A stretch of DNA of 63,040 nucleotides, filler included, from Octopus bimaculoides (taxonomy: Eukaryota): NCBI RefSeq assembly GCF_001194135.2. It is 6 parts of 5 records of this genome, joined end to end, with 100 filler letters (N's around TTAATTAATTAA, not from the genome) between each part and the next. Parts side by side here need not be neighbours in the genome. Positions count along the whole stretch, not along the records: positions 1 to 19,260 come from NC_068986.1; 5 more parts are not named here. One strand, written 5' to 3'. The stretch's first letter is position 1. Every line of letters starts with the position of its first letter. The position numbers and the translations under genes were made by a program. Below, piece by piece: positions 1 through 11,199 of this stretch. The notes beneath the pieces are model-generated. The model was given only the letters and a program-made list of their open reading frames with translations, made no database searches and was not told where the DNA came from.

Positions 1-192
1 GTGTTCTGAGTTCAAATCTCACCAAGGGCAAAATGCTTAGCAGAATTTTGTCTGTCTCTGTTCTGAGTTCAAATCTCACCAAGGTGGACTTTGCCTTTCA
101 TCCTTTCAGCGTGGTCAATGTAACTGGCTTACTTCCTCCCCTCCCCCCACAAAAAAAGTTGCTGGCCTTCTGCCAAAATTTGAGACCAATAT
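1..192 (+). mobile_element. tRNA-derived SINE family B, old-tail subfamily, 5' end cut by window edge
   Basis: B-box-like GAGTTCAAATCTC, body GACTTTGCCTTTCATCCTTTC and tail GCTGGCCTTCTGCCAAAATTTGA match other family-B copies. A 26-bp segment is duplicated at 2-27 and 59-84. Confidence 0.75.
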
Positions 193-589
193 TATTGTTT
201 CCATAGTTTTTCTGTTTGCATTTTATAAGAGCCAGTTAGAACAGGTTTGCTGTGACAATGCAGATGTAGCAGATGTAGGTTGTGCAATTTGTTGCTGACC
301 TATTTGAGGAAAAATAATTGGTATTGGATTGATAATCAATTCATAGATTATTGTGACATCAATACTTGATTGTGAACTGTTCTCGTGGTTGAGTAATTAG
401 TCCTTATATGTTCATTATAAATCATGTTATTGTTAATTAACTACTCAGATAAACATTTGATTCTTTATCAAACTACATAGAGGGCATTACATGAACGCAA
501 ACAGTTATTTGAGCAGTTTTAGGTGCTATCCCAACATTGCCACCTTGGAGGAAATGTATTCTTCGACAGTCTCAGGCTAGTCAAAGTCA

Positions 590-803
590 AATGGGTGATG
601 CCATGTATAAAGCACGCATGCTGGTGCCATGTAAGAAGCACCCAATACACTCTATAAAGTGGTTGTCATTCGGAAGGGCCTGCAGCTGGTGAAACCATGA
701 CAAGTGGGGCCTCCTGGTGCAGTTTTCAGGCTTGCCAACTCCTGTCAAACCATCCAACCCATGCTAGCATGGAAAACTGATTTTTAATGACGATGATGAT
801 GAT
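590..803 (+). mobile_element. RTE-type 3' end (short SINE-like or 5'-truncated LINE) with (GAT)n tail
   Basis: GGAAGGGC..CAGCTG..CCAACCCATGCTAGCATGGAAAA..(GAT)n, same as the 3' end of the RTE at 3425-4610. Confidence 0.75.
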
Positions 804-954
804 GGAAGGAAGGTTAAATGTGCCACCCAGATTTCTCACCACTACCCTGCTCTTAGGTTTTCTCCAGTCTAAGAACAGCTTCTTCCCTTCCTGTCATCAG
901 TAACAGAGGTCTTGAAATGGTTATGGCTGCTCCACTTCCTCTGATTAAAGTATT

Positions 955-1304
955 TCAAATATAACTAAGCTCAGTTCCAGTCTGCAACCATTGGTAAATA
1001 TTGATGATTCTTAGAAGTCATGAAGTCTTCATTGCTGACTTAATTATTCTTCCAAAACCAAGAACTCAAATTTATCTTCAACCCTTTTCATATCAACCCC
1101 TCCAAGACTGAATCCTGGTTCTATGACACAAATTTTATATTTTTTAAATTATCTAAATTTAGAAAAAAAAACCCAATCTTCCTTCAAAATTCTAAGTTAA
1201 TTTAGTTCCCAAATACTAGATAAATAAGGACAAAGTTATTTTACTAAATTAATTGAAAGAAAATCAGTGTTGTTCAGCAAGAATATGGTAGCAAAAGAGT
1301 CTAA
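955..1304. repeat. Left arm of long inverted repeat (TTAA-type MITE plus about 120 bp of flank)
   Basis: Reverse complement of 2678-3012. The central ~140 bp are identical apart from poly-A length. Confidence 0.92.
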
Positions 1305-2424
1305 TAATTGCAAGAATTGGAAACTAGTCTGAATCTAGGGGTGGCAATGATTTAGGATTTCGAGAGATTGTATTTGTTTGATTCTAATTCATTAACATAA
1401 TAATTGTCTAAATTATGGCCTTGTGAAATTTGAAACAAAACTTTTTTTCTATAAGGATTTTATACTTTTTTATTTTTTTGATTTCCAGAGAGAAGTTGAC
1501 CGGAATCTAATGGATTCCAAGGGATTTTACTGTGTTCACCACATCAGTTTAATAAGTTCGTTTATTTGGATAAACTAACGATATTTACTTCACCACTACA
1601 AGGAAGGGCTGAGTGTAATCCAGAGAGGAGAATAACATTGAATACCATTTGAAGGGCAAGTAGAGTTGTAGGCTTTGCCTAAGGACACAGCACAATGCCT
1701 GCAGCTGAATAAAAAGATAAAAACCTATGAAACAAGTGTCTCATTTTTAATTAATTCAAGGACTTCAACTTATAGATTGGATTAATGAAACTGTTTTTAT
1801 TAATCAGACTGGAGGAATTAACACATTGGCAACCGGATAAAGAATTATTAGAGATGAAGAGTTGTGAAATTATATTGATTGCTGATTGTATGTTATGATT
1901 TGGTCAAGGCATTGAACTTGCCTTGCTATCCTTACCTGGCAGAACAGCAGGTAAGAACAGAGAGAGAGAGTGAGTTGGTAATGGAGTAAAAATACTCGTT
2001 AATTGACATATTGTTAAAAGTGTGAGATTTACTTTCTCTTACACAAAATATTTTGTTTAAATATACTTAAAGAACTGTTAAAAAAAAAAATAAAGAATTT
2101 ATAATTGAATTCCATTAGTTTTTAATTCTTTTATTGTTTTGGGCTATAAGCAAGGAATTGGTAAAATAAATCTTTTTCCATTTAGCTGTTCTTGCCTCAA
2201 TCATGGAAGTGAGAGAGCTCCTTGTTTTTAAATAAGCAAAACTGACACAAATCATTATGTACTTTGCATAATGATTTGTGTACTTCACATACAAGTACAA
2301 TGTGGTAACAGCAGACAAATTTGAAGTCTTGGCGTTGTGGTGTGAGGCTCAGCACTTTAATTGTTATTATGAGGTTAAAATCACCAACTTTGAGACAGTC
2401 TGTTCTTACGACTTCATAGAATGC

Positions 2425-2670
2425 GAAGGTGCATGGCCTGGTGGTTAGGGTGTTGTACTTGCAATCATAAGACTGCAGTTTCGATTCCTGAATCGGGTGG
2501 AGCATTGTAAATGAATAACCTTGCAACCAACTGACAATCTGTTCAGGGGTAGTGTTGTGATCTTGTTCACCAGGGAAACCGAGTAATGAGCCCTGTGGGT
2601 AATAGGAGTTGAGACAGTAAGTCCAGAGGAATGGATGCTATATGTTGTTGATGATGATGATGATGATGAT
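2425..2670 (+). mobile_element. tRNA-derived SINE family C (degenerate)
   Basis: A-box TGGCCTGGTGG, B-box GTTTCGATTCC and (GAT)n end; related to 41625-41884. Confidence 0.7.
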
Positions 2671-2677
2671 TAATTAT

Positions 2678-3012
2678 TTAGATTCTTTTGCTACCATTTT
2701 CTTGTTGAAAAACACTGATTTTCTTTCAATTAATTCTGAAAATATTGAAAGTCCTTATTTATCTAGTATTTGGGAACTAAATTAACTTAGAATTTTGAAG
2801 GAAGATTGGGTTTTTTTTTTCTAAATTTAGATAATTTAAAAAATATAAAATTTGTGTCATAGAACCAGGATTCAGTCTTGGAGGGGTTGATATGAAAAGA
2901 GTTAAAGATAAATTTATGCTCTTGGTTTTGGAAGAATAATTAAGTCAGCAATGAAGACTTCATGACTTCTAAGAATCATCAATATTTACAATGGTAGCTT
3001 AGTTATATTTGA
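2678..3012. repeat. Right arm of long inverted repeat
   Basis: Reverse complement of 955-1304. Confidence 0.92.
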
Positions 3013-3019
3013 TTTATCT

Positions 3020-3190
3020 CCACATCATCATTTAGTGTCCATTTTCTTTGCTGGCATGGGTTAAACAGTTTGACAGGAGCTGGCAAGGATGGAGAGCTTG
3101 CTTTGGATTGGATTCTACAGCTGGATGCCCTTCCCAATAGCAACCACTTTGCAGAGTATACTGGGTGCTTTTTATGTGCCACCAGCACCT
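3020..3190 (-). mobile_element. RTE-type 3' end fragment
   Basis: (CAT)n followed by GCTGGCATGGGTT..CAGCTGGATGCCCTTCC. Confidence 0.75.
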
Positions 3191-3424
3191 GTGAGCTCAT
3201 AAGACAAAGGACCTCTCAGCTGAGAGTGGAATCGAGAGATTAGAGTATGGTAGAGGAACAACGGTAGCCCTTTTACTATCAAGGAGACACTAAAAAGGAT
3301 AAAGAAGGAGAGGAGGGTGAGAGAGAGAGACAGATAGAGTGGGAGTGAGAAAGCTTGCTCACAGAGAACAGTGTAGGTAACATAAGTAGTTACCGAGGGG
3401 ATAGAGGGATAAATTTTATAGAAT

Positions 3425-4610
3425 GTGCAGAGAACAGCTTCTGTCACATTCCAGGGAGAAAAACTACAAGTAGTTGATAGCTTCCGTTACCTAGGTGACC
3501 AAGTCAGTAGCGGGGGTGGATGCTCTGAAAGTGTAGCTGCTAGAATAAGAATAGTGTGGGCAAAGTTCAGAGAGCTCTTGCCACTGCTGGTAACAAAGGG
3601 CCTCTCACTCAGAGTAAAAAGTAGACTGTATGATGCATGTGTACAAATAGCCATGCTACATGGCAGTGAAACATGGGCCATGACTTCTGAGGACATGCAT
3701 AAGCTTGCAAGGAATGAAGCCAGTATGCTCCGCTGGATGTGTAATGTCAGTGTGCATACATGGCAGAGTGTAAGTGCCCTGAAAGAAAAGTTGGACTCAG
3801 GAAGCATCAGATGTGGTGTGCAAGAGAGACAACTGCACTGGTATAGTCATGTGTTGTGAATGAATGAGGACAGCTGTGTGAAAAAGTGTCACACTCTAGC
3901 AGTTGAGGGAACCTGGGATGAGGTGGTGAAGCATGACCTTTAAACATTGGGCCTCACCGAGGCAATGACTAGTGACCGAGACCTTTGGAGATATGCTGTG
4001 CTTGAGAAAACCTGACAAGTCAAGTGAGACCATAATCCGTTGCCTATGCCAGTGGTGTATAACCAGCCCATTTAAGTGTAGCCTTCAATCAATAAACTTT
4101 GCTTGCAAAGACCCATTGAGGCAAGTGAAATCAAAATTAAAATTGCTGATGTGGCCGATGACAGTACCGCCTGATTGGCACTCGTGCCAGTGAAACGTTA
4201 AAAGCACCATCCGAGCGTGATCGTTGCCAGGGCCTCTGACTGGCTCCCATGCCAGTGGCACGTAAAAAGCACCATTCGAGTGTGATCGTTGCCAGCATCA
4301 CCTTACTGGCACTTGAAAAACAACATTCGAGTGTGGTCGTTGCCAGTGCCATTGGACTGGCTCCTGTGCAGGTGGCATGTAAAAAAACACCTTTTGAGCA
4401 TGGTCGTTGCCAGTGCCACCTGATCAGCCCTAGTCCCAGTGGCACATAAAAGCACCCACTACACTCTCAGAGTGGTTGGCATTAGGAAGGGCATCCAGCT
4501 GTAGAAAGATTGGAGCTTGGTGCAGTCTTCTGGTTCACCAGTTCTCAGTCAAACCATCCAACCCATGCCAGCATGGAAAACGGATGTTAAACAATGATGA
4601 TGATGATGCT
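3425..4610 (+). mobile_element. 5'-truncated RTE-clade LINE: C-terminal RT region (disrupted) plus modular 3' UTR and (GAT)n tail
   Basis: Translation VDSFRYLGD..W.KFRELLP..LYDACV..MLHGSETW..MLRWMC..RQLHWYSHV is typical of the RTE ORF C-terminus. There is a premature TGA at 3857-3859, then coding remnants to ~4020. Confidence 0.92.
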
Positions 4611-5036
4611 ATAAGTGAGACAAGTGCTGCAATGTTGGTTAGTTTAGCTATAATTGGATTTGTTGATCAATTTTAGATCAGTTTTAAAAATCTTGTCTTC
4701 TTTGGAATGTAAAGTGAGAGCAACAACAATCTCTCGTGATATATTTGCATCAATTCTGAGCCAGACAAATGATTGGTTGGTTAAAAAATGACGTTTGTAC
4801 AAACTGGAAGTAATGAAACCAATTTTAGCAGGAAACATTAGAAAGACGGACAGAGCTGAAAAGATATTCACCATTCGTAGAAAATGTTGGATACACAGCG
4901 TTAAATTCTTTTCCCTCTCTTAATCTCTCATCCTCCAACAAAGCTTTTTCTTTTCATGAAAGTCGACATGTAAATTTCAGAAATGCATGGAGGAAGATAT
5001 AATCCAAGATATTTAAAGGCAGGAAAAGTTATACCA

Positions 5037-5086
<50 letters not shown>

Positions 5087-5748
5087 ACAACAACAATCAA
5101 TAAAACTTGTATTTCTTAGTTTTATAGTTATAAATATACAAAGAAAGAAAAATCAAGTTGCAACTGCAAAATTTAGTGAAAAATATTTTTGTCTAAAAAT
5201 GAATACATAAATACACACACATACATACTCTCATATGCTCACGGATTCACACACACACTCATACATACCCGCATCCAGACACGCGATGTGGGTTGCATGC
5301 ATGTTGTGCAAATTGTTGTCCCACCCCAGAAATGCACCTAATATGATGCTTCCTGGACTTTATTCCTGGACTCTGCTCTTTATTTTCCCATTCCTGTCAT
5401 CACACTTTATGGTTGCATGGTTTATAGATATTTATGAGATACAAGAACTTGAGAATAATTCTCTGAGATTCAGGACCCCTCTACTCCATGCTGGCATGAC
5501 ATTTTGTAAGTAAAGAGAAATTAAACAGGACCCAGTATGTTTATTAGAAACACTTGTATCATTTTCTAGATTCTAGGTTATCTTTTTCCTTATTTCAGTT
5601 TGATCTTTGAGAAACAATACAACAGGGAGAGAAGTTTTCTTTCTGCTTCAGAGTTTAGGACAGACACAAAGGGGGCAGGGGGGAAAAACACATCAGACCA
5701 CAACACAAGAATTCAATTACTTCACACTGAAGGGCACTGGGTATCTTT

Positions 5749-5842
5749 ACATTATCTTTTCATGTCTGCTTTCCATGCTGCCATGAGTTGGACGTACATT
5801 ATCTTTTCATGTCTGCTTTCCATGCTGCCATGAGTTGGACGT
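5749..5842. repeat. Perfect 47-bp tandem duplication
   Basis: ACATTATCTTTTCATGTCTGCTTTCCATGCTGCCATGAGTTGGACGT occurs twice head to tail. Confidence 0.95.
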
Positions 5843-5854
5843 GTGTGTGTGTGT

Positions 5855-6105
5855 GGCCTGGCATTTGCAGTTGCACCCATGCTCGCAAGATGGTGGTTTC
5901 GATTCCCAGATTAGCAATGCTTTGTGCTTTTGAGCAAAACAATTCCCTTCATATGGCTTTAGTCCATTCATCTGTAAATGAATGACCCAACAACAGACTG
6001 GCATCCTGTCCAGGGATAAAACTGTGATCACAGTCACTTAGATCTCATAGAAACCATGTAACTTGGCCCCATGAGTTCTCTGAGTCAAGACAGGATTTTA
6101 TTTTA
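5855..6105 (+). mobile_element. tRNA-derived SINE family C (degenerate)
   Basis: B-box GTTTCGATTCCC and core TTGAGCAAAACA..AGTCCATTCATCTGTAAATG. Confidence 0.7.
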
Positions 6106-6149
6106 CTTCTTAATATATATATATATATGTATATGTACATTTATATGAG

Positions 6150-6412
6150 CGCAGTGTTTGTGTCTCGTTCTCTTGGCAGCATGAGATAGTTGTAAACAAG
6201 TGTCACATTCATACAAATAGTGCCAGTAGTTTCCAATATTCTAAGGAAAACATGTCTGGCCTTGAGGAAATGTTATATTGCTTGGAAGCGGATAAAGGTT
6301 GGTGACAAGGAGGGCATCTGCATGTAAAAAATCTGCCTCAATGAATTCCATCCGACCCATGCAAGCATGGAAAAGTGGATGTTAAATGGTGATAATGATG
6401 ATGATGATGATG
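6150..6412 (+). mobile_element. SINE 3' part with RTE-like tail
   Basis: GAGGGCATC..GACCCATGCAAGCATGGAAAAGTGGATGTTAA..(GAT)n. Confidence 0.65.
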
Positions 6413-6866
6413 AGTAAATTAGTGAAACTTAATCAAGAGGAAGTTGAATCAATCACTTTTAATCATTACTTTAATTGAATACATAAAAAAATACTATTAT
6501 TTTAATTGAATACACAAAAAAATACTAAGTTCTTAATTGAATATAATTACAACCAGATGACTTGATTGGTCAGACAGTTCAAAGAATGGTCAGTTGTTTC
6601 TGATTTTTTTAAATGATTTATGGTAGATCTTAAATAATTTGGATAGCTTCAGGTGTTTATTCAACCCCTTCAAGTGTTGAATCCATGTGTTTGCAGGCAG
6701 GATTTCATTTGATTCTTCCACCCTTGGAAGAAAATAAATGTGGCTGAAAATAACAAGGTTTCTGCTAATTAATGATTCACAGACACAAAACCTTGTGGCT
6801 GCTAATTTTTCAGTCTTTTAGGGGTCAAATATAATCACACCTGCTAAAGTGTACTCCTGGATTTAA

Positions 6867-7247
6867 TCCTTTAGCATTTAAACTTTCCATATCTGACCAA
6901 AATATTCTACTTGTTTTATCTTTAAACTGATCAGATCTGACCTCTCACACCTACTCTACAATGTCACTCTAAAAATAAACAATCACATCACTCTCTGAGT
7001 GGTTGACGTTAGGAAGGGCATCCAGCTGTAGAAACTCTGCCAAATTAGATTGGAGCCTGGTGTTGCCATCCGGTTTCACCAGTACTCAGTCAAATCGTCC
7101 AACCCATGCTAGCATGGAAAGCGGACGTTAAACGATGATGATGATCATCATAGAAATCTCAAAACTATGAAATAATACATGGTTAATTTTAAAATGATGT
7201 GAATGAATATGCATTACATTTACCTGAATAACCTGGATGTTAAAAGG
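6867..7247. mobile_element. TTAA-flanked (piggyBac-like) MITE interrupted by an RTE-tail insertion
   Basis: TTAA at 6863-6866 and 7248-7251 with degenerate CCTTTAGCAT / ATGTTAAAAGG ends; same family as 14611-15073. Confidence 0.75.
6991..7145 (+). mobile_element. Young RTE-type 3' end inserted in the MITE
   Basis: CpG-retaining copy ending in (GAT)n, flanked by CATCA at 6986-6990 and 7146-7150. Confidence 0.85.
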
Positions 7248-7574
7248 TTAAAGACTAACCAGAAGAAAAAGATTGGCCTTTGTGCAATTCTTTAAGTTAA
7301 TGGACCCTAACACTGGTATGGCTATTTTTGATTCTATTGTTCCAGTAAATGACTAAAATGCCGGTCAGTTGTGAGTTGGGAAAGGAAGAAATAAATTAAC
7401 AAACCTGATTAGGGAATTCATTTGAAAAACTCATTTTATGAAATTAGAGAAGTTTTTTTATTAAAACAAGTTGCTTCATTTCTCTTTTCCATTTCTGATG
7501 AAGTTTTCTATGTTTCTGCTGGAACTAATTAAAATACATGAAAGCAATTAATTATTTCAATAATGTCCAATATC

Positions 7575-7761
7575 TTTTTTTTACCTGATTTAGCCATTGG
7601 ACTGTGGCCAAGTCGGGGCACTGCCTTGAAGGATTTAGTCAAAGCAAATCGACCCCAGGACTTTTTAAGGCTTACTATTTATTCTATCAGTCTCTTTTTG
7701 ATGAACTGCTAAGCTATGGAGACATAAACGAACCAATACCAGTTGTCAAGCAGTGGGGAAA

Positions 7762-7822
<61 letters not shown>

Positions 7823-7910
7823 GATGGCCTTCTTTCAGTTTTCATCTACCAAATCCACTCACAGGGCTTTGGTCGGCCTAAGGCTATAGTGGAAGACACT
7901 TGCCCAAGGT
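7575..7910 (-). mobile_element. tRNA-derived SINE family A with internal (CA)n, head missing
   Basis: AAATCGACCCCAGGACT..CCAGTTGTCAAGC..(CA)n..CCAAATCCACTCAC..GACACTTGCCCAAGG. Confidence 0.85.
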
Positions 7911-8464
7911 CCAAGAAGATTCAATAAAGAAACATTTCAAACTGATAAATCCAAAGGTGCCAATGAATGGAAATGTTCCAAATATTTTTCATTGAAAACC
8001 GTGTTCAATGTTTCCAGGGATCTTACCATTTATTTACTATCTCAATGCAAGAATGCTTTGGCCTCACGTTCACTTCATACTGTACCATCTGCCATCTACA
8101 CAATTTGCTTCTATTGAATCTTGCTCAAAGTTTCCCCCCATCATTTTAAGCTCATGTTTGCACTACTGAATGTAGTCTTTGAGTAACTGTATTTTTGATT
8201 TCTTTGTCAAATCTCTTTAGATCTTTCATTGATTTTGCAGTGAGAATTAACAGTTGCCTGTGAAACATGCCAGAAGTACTTTTATGAATGACAATAGCTT
8301 TTTTTAGATACTGGGAGAGTTGAAAGTATTTTTAATTTTTAGTGATTCCCTCGAAGGCAGAAATATATTAGCTGTAGCCCTTGGGCCATTAGGGAGCAGT
8401 GGGGTGGGGGAAAGGATATTATTTTCAAACTTGACACATGATCTGAATGATTAATGCATTGGAA

Positions 8465-8760
8465 GATACCCAAGGGTGGCCAGGTGGTGCCGTTGAACCA
8501 GGTGACAACAGAATAGACTTTGTTAGAGGTACCCTAACATGGCTAGGTTGTGCTGTTGAACCAGGTGACAACAGAATGGACTTTGTTAGAGGTACCCTAA
8601 CATGGCTAGGTTGTGCTGTTGAACCAGGTGACAACAGAATGGACTTTGTTAGAGGTACCCTAACATGGCTAGGTCGTGCTGCTGAACCAGGTGACAACAG
8701 AATGGACTTTCTTAGAGGTACCCGAGGGTAGCCAGGTGATGGTGTTAAACTGGGTGACAC
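8465..8760. repeat. 63-bp minisatellite, about 4.5 copies
   Basis: Unit GGCTAGGTTGTGCTGTTGAACCAGGTGACAACAGAATGGACTTTGTTAGAGGTACCCTAACAT; inner copies are near-identical. Confidence 0.95.
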
Positions 8761-9135
8761 AAAAAGGAGAATGATCCTACTAACAGGTTCCCATACATTT
8801 TCTTTCAACCAAATTTCACCCACAAGGTTTTGACTGATTGAAACTATGGCTAGAGAGTCTTGCTTAATGTGACATTCAATGCGATCCCACCATAAACCAT
8901 CTTCAACACCCCACTGCCATACCTTCATCCTGTATACCCAGTTAATCGTTATACAATTACATGAGATTCTACTGTTCTACATCAAACAACAGAACAATAT
9001 ACTACAGTCTGTTTTTAATTAATTAATTAATAATAATTCTTTCTATTATAGGTACAAGACCTGAAATTTGTGGGGAGAGAGGAAATCAATTACATCAGCT
9101 CCAATGCTTCACTGGTCTTATTTCATCAACCCTGA

Positions 9136-9179
<44 letters not shown>

Positions 9180-9205
9180 ATAATAATAATAATAATAATA
9201 ATAAT

Positions 9206-9641
9206 AGAGAAATTAAGGCCAATAGGCCAGATATAGTTGTCAGAGATCATGAAGAAAAAAAATGCTTTCTAATTGATGTATCAATACCAACAGATGACAA
9301 TGTTTCCCTAAAAAAAACAGAGAAACTTTCAAAATACAAAGACCTGGAAACAGAGGTAACTCGAATATGGAACCTACAAACAGAAATAATTCCTATCATA
9401 GTAGGCGCCTTAGGTATGATAAAAAAACATTTAGACAAATACATAACAAAAACACCAGGATTTACAAATATATATAACATACAGAAAACAACACTACTAG
9501 GCACCACACACATCCTATGCAAAACACTTTCAATACAGTAACCATAAGAGCACCACAGCAAACCACAGCACATACCCAAGGCACACAGAGGTGTGCTCGG
9601 TAGTGAAGTGAAAGCACGTTATAAAAATAAGACTACTGAAC
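9206..9641 (+). mobile_element. 5'-truncated R4/Dong-clade non-LTR retrotransposon: restriction-like endonuclease C-terminus and 3' UTR
   Basis: NRPDIVV..LIDVSIP..EKLSKYKDL..PIIVGALG..QKTTLLGT.HIL, a PD-(D/E)xK-type RLE. Stop at 9539-9541; (TAA)n on both sides. Confidence 0.88.
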
Positions 9642-10597
9642 AATAATAATAATAATAATAATAATAAAATGGATTTTGATATCAAGTGGGTAAAATACAG
9701 AATTCTACCGAAATTTCCCAGCATTGTGATTTTGTTAGTGTATTGAAGAATATAAGGAAATGTTTTGGGGAGGAGGGGAAATATGTCCGAGGAAATTAAC
9801 CAAGATGCTGATGAAAGGACGAAAATGTAAATTTCTGACCTCAGAGATTAATAACTCTAATTCTACAATGATCAAAGTAATACAACCTTAACAAGGTTTA
9901 GTACAGAAAAATATATGGCACACAACAGCAGCAGAAGTAGCAGCAGAAGTAGTAGCAGCAGAAGTAGCAGCAGCAGCAGCTGTAGTTGTAGTGTCAGCAT
10001 GAATGAATGAATATAAATAAAAATGATGGACCAGATATCAAATAACATCCCATTTTGGACTCAGCTGTTGGCACCTCCAGATGGTAATGCTCCAACTGTC
10101 TACTGCAAAGATGAACGTCTTCACTGAAGTATTCCTCAAAGCTTGTGGCAACGCCGGTGACAATGGTGGCACTGGTGGCACTGGTGACAATGGTGGCATT
10201 GCTACTGTTCTGTCTTTCAATGGTAGGGATTCAATTGTTCAACCAAGTGAATTACCTCTTCTCTCTGAATTAATATCTTCACGGCTGAGTATTCCACAGA
10301 CACATGTACTGTTCATGTAATTCTCAAGCAGAATCAGCATGACACAGTGTGTGTGTGTGCGTGTGTAACAAGGCAGTACTTTTTGAGGTATAATCCATTC
10401 GACAGGATTCTGTACGGTTTCCATCTATGAAATTCTTCTCACAGTCTATGGATCACAGCAGAAGTAACAGAAAACGACATTTGCCTCAGATGCCAAACAG
10501 AAGGATTGATCTTGAGGTGTCATGGTTGTGAAACAAACTACTTAACCATTTGATCAAACTATGTCTAAATTCCTCAAAAATATTAAAATATACAATG

Positions 10598-10730
10598 ATA
10601 ACCACATGGTTCCAGGTTCAGTCCTACTGTATGGCACCTTGGACAAGTTTCTTCTACTATAGCCCTGGGCTGACCAAAGCCTTATCAGTGAATTTGGTAG
10701 ACAGAAACTGAAAGAAGCCCATCCTGTGTT

Positions 10731-10774
<44 letters not shown>

Positions 10775-10983
10775 TTTGTGTCTGTGGTTGTCCTCCCACC
10801 ATCATTTGATAACCGATGTTGGTTTGTTTACATCCTCATAACTTAGCAGTTCAGCAAAAGAGACTGATAAAATAAGTACCAGGATTTAAAAAATAAATTC
10901 TAGGGTTGATACATTCGACTAAGAATTCTTGAAGGTGGTGCCCCAGCATGGCCACAGTCTAATGAGTGAAACAAGTAAAAGAT
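10598..10983 (+). mobile_element. tRNA-derived SINE family A with internal (TG)n
   Basis: B-box GGTTCAGTCC, GGCACCTTGGACAAG core and tail CCCCAGCATGGCCACAGTC..GAAACAAGTAAAAG. Confidence 0.88.
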
Positions 10984-11199
10984 AACTTTTATAAAGACAG
11001 AGTTTTATACTAGAAAGTCTTAGTGCAAGCGATTGTGTCCTTTCTTTTCACTCTTCTGTGAAAACATGTGTGGCCCAGGTGAATTATTACCTCCCTTGGA
11101 AAGAGTGGGGGGCAGGTGATTGGAAGGGTATCCAGGCATAGAAACATCTACCCCCTTGACAAATTCTGTTGGAGTCATGCAAACATGGGAAAATGGGCA

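Noticed and set aside
1931-1942. U1 snRNA gene
   Set aside because: Only 12 nt match; there are no downstream stem-loops or Sm site.
7930-8340. Coding-like minus-strand fragments (KSMKDLKRFDKEIKNTVTQRL)
   Set aside because: There are stops in all frames and no recognisable family. It may be an ancient transposon, but I cannot support that.
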